NCBI GenBank assembly: GCA_964623355.1
Contig: CAZUSF010000001.1
Coordinates: 15,188-53,527 of the forward strand
Reading direction: 5' to 3'
Length of the DNA: 38,340 nt
From: an uncultured Thiobacillus sp.
GTDB taxonomy: Bacteria > Pseudomonadota > Gammaproteobacteria > Burkholderiales > Thiobacillaceae
Within the stretch, counting starts at the first letter, position 1. The number at the start of each line of letters is the position of its first letter. Made by a program: the position numbers and the translations under genes. Below, piece after piece: positions 33,500-38,340 of this stretch. The notes under the pieces are model-generated. The model had not been told where the DNA came from, ran no database searches, and was given only the letters and a program-made list of their open reading frames with translations.

Positions 33500-35448
33500 T
33501 GCCTTTTCTCCTGATAACCGCCCTTTTCGACAGTGCTTTGAGTTTGCTGGGTTGCCTCTTCGATGCGCAGGCAAAGAAACAGGCCGCTGCCGCCGCGCAC
33601 CCAGCGCGCCCCATCGTCTTGCGGTAAATCGCATCCGACCAGCACCTCCCAGCCCCCAGCCAGTGGAACGCGGGATTTGAGGGTGTTCAGCGCGAAACAG
33701 GCCCAGACACCATCCTGGTCAGTCCGATCTTTGAAGGGGGGCGGCTCGCTGCTGGTCATTGCAAGCCTCAGCGCTTGAATGGCCCCTTCGATGCCCTCCG
33801 CATCCAGGGGAATCCCGTTTCCAGGTTTGCCTGCTGCAGAGGATTGCACCGACTCTACGAATTCCGGCTTACCGGATTTGTTGATCGCCCGATGCTCGCC
33901 GAAGCCACAGCCAAGAATCTGTGGCGGGTACTTGCAATCGAGCATGGCGGCAATGGCAGGTAACGCCGTCGCCTTGAAAATCAGGGTGAAACCCCAGTTC
34001 TGCACGATTTTGCCGCCGGTCCCATGCATCGCCATCTTGAACAGCGCGCTCTTCTCGCTGAATTCGAGGCCATCGTGATGCTGATACAGCAACCCTGAGC
34101 GGGCAAGCCTCGCAAGCAGCAACCGGGTAAAGGGCGACATCTGCCCTCGCCCAGGTTGCTCGGTCAGGCGAGGCGCATTGAGCGCGCTGGCAAGCGCCGT
34201 CCTGAGTCCGGCATCGTTCACATAAACCCACTCGCCGTGCTTGAACCCCACCCGCATGGCCTTGTTGTTTCCATTGATGCGGCCGGGTTCCAGCAGCAAG
34301 GCCTCAAACTGATCCCAGGCCCAGCCCTCGTTCTCATCAGCCGGGGCCGAATCGACCGAGGTAGAAGCCAACGAGGTCTGGGAAGGAGTCACCGGTACAG
34401 GTGCAGGTGCAGGTCCGGGTGCCGGTATCGCTTCGCTGCTGCCAATAGCGGCCATTGTCTGATCGGGGATAGACAGTGGCGAATGCGCCGCGCCCTCCTC
34501 GAACGTCCGCTCATCAAGCCAGCCAGGCAAGGTGTCGATGTCCTCATACATGGCGGCCACGTTCCGTTCACCCTCGGCCATGCCGGTACGAATATCGGCG
34601 GCAATCAACAACTCGGTCAGTGCGCGCGTTCTGTCGTCCGCCCACAACGGCAGGCTGTTGATGTGGTGGTAGAACGACAGCGCCAGGTTGAGCGCATCAC
34701 GATCCGCCTTCGGGAGCGCCCAGAATTCGTCCAGGGTGATCAGGATCTTGCCGCCCTCGGTATCGTGATAAGGCCTGACTTCCTCCACCAGCCCATCCTG
34801 GCGCTCCCGGTAGCAGGTGATCTTGCCGATGTCGTGGGCGAACCCGGCGATCGGAATCAACGGGTCCGTCGCGTCGAAGCGGAAGGTAGCGTCAATCAAC
34901 GGGAAGACGGTCTGACCCTTCTTGTTCTTGTGCCCGTCGTAGCGCCAGGACGGCGCCATGTTCAGGATCGTCGCCAGCACATTGAGGGAATGCTGCTTCA
35001 ACGTCGCGCCGCCATGCCCGCCGGGTACCGGTGAAGCTGGCAACACGGCGCGCGCCAGGTAAATTTCCATCACCGCTTGCATCAGCCTTGCATGAGCAGG
35101 ATATGCGGCCTGGTAGGCACTGAACCAGGCCGAATACGTCACAGGCAGGAAGATTTTGCCGCAAGGTACCCTGGCTGGCGGTGGCGCCCCACGCGGAAAG
35201 TTGCCCAGCGAAATGACTAACCCACGCCGCCGGTCACCCGATTTCAGGTCATGCTGTTTGTTAGTGCGTAAAACTGCCAGCCAGACGACCAAAGCGAGCA
35301 CACCCCAGAACACCCCAACCAGCACGATCCCAAGTCCTTTCAAGGCATAGACAGGGATTTCATGGAGAAGGACGGGAGAAAAGATAGCCAGCACCATGTA
35401 CCAGAACAGGGTGACGATGACGAAAGACGAAAGTAGCGGGTTCTTCAT
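33496..35448 (-). CDS. Membrane-anchored HD-domain protein resembling TraI_2 / MOBH-type relaxases
   Basis: Two N-terminal TM helices (LLSSFVIVTLFWYMVLAIFSPVLL; GLGIVLVGVFWGVLALVVWLAVL). Then AVLPASPVPGGHGGATLKQHSLNV ... IAGFAHDIGKITCY ... SFYHH, an HD phosphohydrolase signature in the order seen in MOBH TraI. The ATG at 35448 overlaps the upstream stop (ATGA). Confidence 0.7.
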   Translation of the reverse strand: MKNPLLSSFVIVTLFWYMVLAIFSPVLLHEIPVYALKGLGIVLVGVFWGVLALVVWLAVLRTNKQHDLKSGDRRRGLVISLGNFPRGAPPPARVPCGKIFLPVTYSAWFSAYQAAYPAHARLMQAVMEIYLARAVLPASPVPGGHGGATLKQHSLNVLATILNMAPSWRYDGHKNKKGQTVFPLIDATFRFDATDPLIPIAGFAHDIGKITCYRERQDGLVEEVRPYHDTEGGKILITLDEFWALPKADRDALNLALSFYHHINSLPLWADDRTRALTELLIAADIRTGMAEGERNVAAMYEDIDTLPGWLDERTFEEGAAHSPLSIPDQTMAAIGSSEAIPAPGPAPAPVPVTPSQTSLASTSVDSAPADENEGWAWDQFEALLLEPGRINGNNKAMRVGFKHGEWVYVNDAGLRTALASALNAPRLTEQPGRGQMSPFTRLLLARLARSGLLYQHHDGLEFSEKSALFKMAMHGTGGKIVQNWGFTLIFKATALPAIAAMLDCKYPPQILGCGFGEHRAINKSGKPEFVESVQSSAAGKPGNGIPLDAEGIEGAIQALRLAMTSSEPPPFKDRTDQDGVWACFALNTLKSRVPLAGGWEVLVGCDLPQDDGARWVRGGSGLFLCLRIEEATQQTQSTVEKGGYQEKRQ

Positions 35449-36149
35449 GGAATCTGGTCCGACCACTTGAAGCGCGACCGTGAGGACGGCGACAACATGG
35501 AGGGATTACGCCCCGTGAACCACCAGAAGCCGCTCCAGAGTGCGACATAGCCGTGCTCTTCGAGGCCTTCCATTGCAGCCTGCGCGCGCACGCGTGCCAT
35601 CTTGTGCATCAACCGATCAAGCAGGATATCGGCGCGGATGCCCGGCCAGAACCACACTGTCCTGGCCGCATCCAGTTCCTCATCACCAAAGTGATAAAGG
35701 ATCTCGCAGGCCAGCAACTCCGGGAGCGGCGTCGCCAGAAAGGGCAACGGCTTCGACAAAATGATCTGCCGGATATAGAGCTGATACAGCGCACGGACCT
35801 GGATGACATGTGACCGCGCCCCAAGCGCGCGGCAACACAGTGGAAAGTCCAGCCCCAGCTTGTTCAGGGTTCCCGGCACAAAAACCCACTCGATCGCTTT
35901 GTCGCGCGCGGCCGGCTTGGTGTTGACGTTGCAGCACAGGCGAACCTGGTCGCGCAGGGAGGTGAAGGCAATGCGCTCCTCTTCCTCCAGGTAATCTTCT
36001 TCCGTCACTTCCGGCGTTTCCAGATAACGGGGCGCCGTGCCGTCCTCCAGGTTGGTGACATCGGCAATATCGTCATCCACGATGTGCAGCGACGGGTCGC
36101 CGAACAGGCCGGACTCGACCAGGTCCCAGAGCGCTTCGTCGTCTCGCAC
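35445..36149 (-). CDS. Hypothetical 234-aa protein with an acidic N-terminus
   Basis: GTG start 8 nt after the coupling-protein stop. There is no internal Met until near the C-terminus. I recognise no motif. Confidence 0.55.
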   Translation of the reverse strand: MRDDEALWDLVESGLFGDPSLHIVDDDIADVTNLEDGTAPRYLETPEVTEEDYLEEEERIAFTSLRDQVRLCCNVNTKPAARDKAIEWVFVPGTLNKLGLDFPLCCRALGARSHVIQVRALYQLYIRQIILSKPLPFLATPLPELLACEILYHFGDEELDAARTVWFWPGIRADILLDRLMHKMARVRAQAAMEGLEEHGYVALWSGFWWFTGRNPSMLSPSSRSRFKWSDQIP

Positions 36150-36157
36150 AGGGGCTT

Positions 36158-37912
36158 TCAGCTTTTGCCGAGTTCCTGGCGATCGGCCCCGGAGAGGTAG
36201 CTATCCGCTCGCCGAAACAGGTCGATGCCCTGGGCAAAGCGGGGCCGGTAATGGTTGAGTTTCACTTTCCCGATCTCGCAGGCGACGGACTCCGGCACGC
36301 TGATCATCGGGATGCGTACGTGATACACGTTATTTCCGCCAAAGGTGACGATGGCTTCGCCTTTGTCCAATGCCTTCAGATCATCGGGAGAAACCTTGTA
36401 GGACTCGTCCTCCCGCTCCTGGATGGCCAGGCCGCTGCCCTGACTGACGCCGCCATCAGGTGAAGCATTCGCGGTCTTCGCCGATGCCGACTGGCTGCCG
36501 GTGAACGACAGCGAGCTGATGACCGCCTTTTCCAGGCCGATGAGGTCTGCGGCCTCTTCTGCGGTTTCCTGGGTACCAAGCTTGAAGAACGTCTTGGTCC
36601 AGGTATTGCCGATGACCATCTCCTTCAACTCTGGGCTGACCGATTCCAGGTTAGCCAGGGTCTGCACTGCCGGCAACAGGCAGATATGCGCGCTGCGTGC
36701 CTGTTCAAACATGCGACTCCAGGACGCGTTGACGTAGGAACCGGCTTCGTCGAAGAAACACAGGTAGGGCGGCCATGGCTTTACGGTTTCCGGGAGTCGC
36801 TGCACCCAGGAGATCGCTGTCCGCAGGTCGCCCACCACCATCTTGCCGAAGTTCTGTGCCGCCACGTCCTTCCCCATCGTCGGCAGCATCACGTAGACGA
36901 TCTTGTTGCGCTTGATAGCCTCGAACAGATCCACCTCGGGGGTGTAGGTGTTCATCACCTGGCCGAACTTGCCGGTGCCGAACATGAACATCCGCCCGCC
37001 TACGCCACCGAAGGTTTCCTTGAGCCGCTTGATGTCGATGCTGGAAACCCCCTCTTTGTTGACGCTGCGGTATTGATCGAGGAACAGCTTCAGATTGGTT
37101 TTTTCGGGCGAAGGCGGAACCCGGTTTTCCAGATAGGCCAGCGCTTTCTGGCTCATCAGCAGGATGGTCAGGTCGATGAAGTTGTAGGACAGCTTCGCCC
37201 GGTTCAATGCGGCGATCAGCGTGGCCACGCCCTGGTTGGCGGATTGCTTGTAGTGGTCGGCGCCGGGATTGTTCTCCGTGGAAGGAATGAGGGACAGAAT
37301 TCGCGCAGATACCTCATCCGGGTCGCCGTAAAGGATGGGGTTGTAAGTGTTCGAGAGCTCGGGTTCACCTGGATTGATGACCAGCAAGTCATGCGACCGG
37401 CCAGCCCAGGCACAGTAGGCGTGGAGCGTCTCCAGTTCCTCGATGTTGAGCTTGCCGTCGATGAAGATCAGTCCGCCACCGTTGGCGATCTGCTGAAACA
37501 TGAGCAGCCGGCCGAGGACGGTTTTACCGACTCCGGACTGCCCCACGATGAAGCCATGCCGCATCAGATCCTCGTAAGGAAGGATGAGCGGTTTGCCGGT
37601 GTCGGCGAGGTAGCCGACCAACAACCCTTCGGCATGCTCCCGCACCAATGCTTCATAAGGCAGATTGGCGGAACGCAGCTTGAGTTCTGACTTGAAGAGC
37701 CCTTGCTCAGCCCACGGTTGCAGTGCCTTTGAAGCCAGCCAAAAGCCGCCCAGTGCCGCACCAGCGTAACCGCCAGCCAAGGAAAAACCAGCAGGCAGAA
37801 ACCCGGCCAGATAGGGGTGGGTGGCGAACAGGCCGGCCGAGATGACCGCGAGCGAGAAGGCATCCTGCATTCCACCCAGCCGCATCCGCTGAAAATCCTT
37901 GAATGAAATCAT
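36158..37912 (-). CDS. Type IV secretion coupling-protein-like ATPase (TraD/TraG/VirD4/DotL superfamily)
   Basis: Two N-terminal TM helices. Walker A GQSGVGKT and Walker B YLCFFDEAGSY. LLPAVQTLANLESV resembles the T4CP Q-motif. 584 aa. Confidence 0.8.
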   Translation of the reverse strand: MISFKDFQRMRLGGMQDAFSLAVISAGLFATHPYLAGFLPAGFSLAGGYAGAALGGFWLASKALQPWAEQGLFKSELKLRSANLPYEALVREHAEGLLVGYLADTGKPLILPYEDLMRHGFIVGQSGVGKTVLGRLLMFQQIANGGGLIFIDGKLNIEELETLHAYCAWAGRSHDLLVINPGEPELSNTYNPILYGDPDEVSARILSLIPSTENNPGADHYKQSANQGVATLIAALNRAKLSYNFIDLTILLMSQKALAYLENRVPPSPEKTNLKLFLDQYRSVNKEGVSSIDIKRLKETFGGVGGRMFMFGTGKFGQVMNTYTPEVDLFEAIKRNKIVYVMLPTMGKDVAAQNFGKMVVGDLRTAISWVQRLPETVKPWPPYLCFFDEAGSYVNASWSRMFEQARSAHICLLPAVQTLANLESVSPELKEMVIGNTWTKTFFKLGTQETAEEAADLIGLEKAVISSLSFTGSQSASAKTANASPDGGVSQGSGLAIQEREDESYKVSPDDLKALDKGEAIVTFGGNNVYHVRIPMISVPESVACEIGKVKLNHYRPRFAQGIDLFRRADSYLSGADRQELGKS

Positions 37913-37978
37913 TGTAAATATACCGTTGCATGTGCATATAATTTATCACGGTAATCAAGAAGTCAGGAAGGTGCAGAC

Positions 37979-38340
37979 ATGGCGATGCCAGATTGGGCTC
38001 CATCGTTCACATTGAACGAGTTGTACGAGATCAGCGATGCGGTCATGCCCGTGTTGCGTTGCTACCTGGAAGACGGTGACCCAGAGCAGCATGAACACCA
38101 GTACGGAAGTGTTTCGACCCTGCTGGAAATCGTCCGAAAGCTGAACATCAGCTTTGCGAAAAGTAGTGGCGTGCGTCGGGGAAACGAGTTGCCTGACTGG
38201 TTTCCGCAACTTGAACGACAGGTTTGCCAGTTCCGGGAGCGAGTAATCGAGATGGCCCATCAGGCTCAGGCGAGTGAGAGCTACGCCTGGGATTACTGGA
38301 AAACGAAGGCGCTGGCCGCTGGTGTTGCCGGAAACCTGGC
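37979..38340 (+). CDS. Hypothetical protein, 5' part (open to the window end)
   Basis: ATG at 37979 with AGGAAGG 6 nt upstream. 120 codons are open to the window edge (MAMPDWAPSFTLNELYEISDAVMPVLRCYLEDGD...). It is divergent from the coupling-protein gene across an AT-rich 66-nt region containing TATAAT. Confidence 0.4.
   Translation, partial: MAMPDWAPSFTLNELYEISDAVMPVLRCYLEDGDPEQHEHQYGSVSTLLEIVRKLNISFAKSSGVRRGNELPDWFPQLERQVCQFRERVIEMAHQAQASESYAWDYWKTKALAAGVAGNL

Larger units (their letters stand above)
29049..38340. mobile_element. Segment of an integrative conjugative/mobilizable element or plasmid-derived island (right end beyond the window; left end uncertain, possibly 28.1 kb or ~27.3 kb)
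   Basis: GC drops (hand count ~55-57% on sampled lines). Cargo consists of an Abi/TA module, an SSB-tip protein, a coupling-protein-like ATPase and a TraI_2/MOBH-like HD protein. No integrase, att repeat or tRNA was seen in the window. Confidence 0.5.

Noticed and set aside
37955-38260. 101-aa ORF on the minus strand
   Set aside because: It overlaps the + strand frame that starts at 37979 with a good RBS and stays open to the window edge. The minus ORF has no RBS and would need a promoter inside unknown DNA. I kept the + strand call, at low confidence.

Overview
GC-rich (about 65% judged by eye, not computed) proteobacterial chromosomal segment in three parts. (1) Positions 1 to ~28.1 kb hold a PEP-CTERM/exosortase exopolysaccharide (EPS) locus. 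It contains a partial Wzz/GumC-type chain-length determinant, NDP-sugar pyrophosphorylases, a priming sugar transferase and a WecB/TagA-family transferase. It also contains a PEP-CTERM substrate protein, an EpsD-like PPIase lipoprotein, exosortase EpsH, EpsI, six further glycosyltransferase or glycosyltransferase-like genes and two LbH acyltransferases. Signalling genes are interleaved with these: STAS, a sensor PP2C/RsbW-like fusion, a PhnD-like binding protein, CheY, a hybrid HK-Hpt, a PAS-GGDEF-EAL protein and a PilZ protein. (2) At ~18.0-20.15 kb the locus is interrupted by a decayed REC/HD-GYP pseudogene. Next to it is an AT-richer islet with an SGNH hydrolase gene, a MITE-like inverted-repeat unit and a truncated SdhE-like relic. 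(3) From ~28.1/29.0 kb to the window end lies a lower-GC (~55% by eye) mobile-element-like segment. It carries an orphan OmpR-type regulator, an AbiEi/AbiEii type IV toxin-antitoxin pair and a protein ending in the SSB tip motif DDIPF. It also carries a sigma-region-2/double-HTH fusion regulator and a tightly coupled operon: a T4SS coupling-protein-like ATPase, an unknown 234-aa protein, a membrane-anchored HD (TraI_2/MOBH-like) protein and an unknown 110-aa protein. No rRNA, tRNA or CRISPR array was seen. The candidates I consider least explained are this coupled operon, the SSB-tip protein, a 23-nt motif repeated at a fixed distance upstream of two EPS-locus genes, and the partner-switching module wired into the EPS operon. 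All family assignments come from motif recognition by eye and need HMM or structure confirmation.
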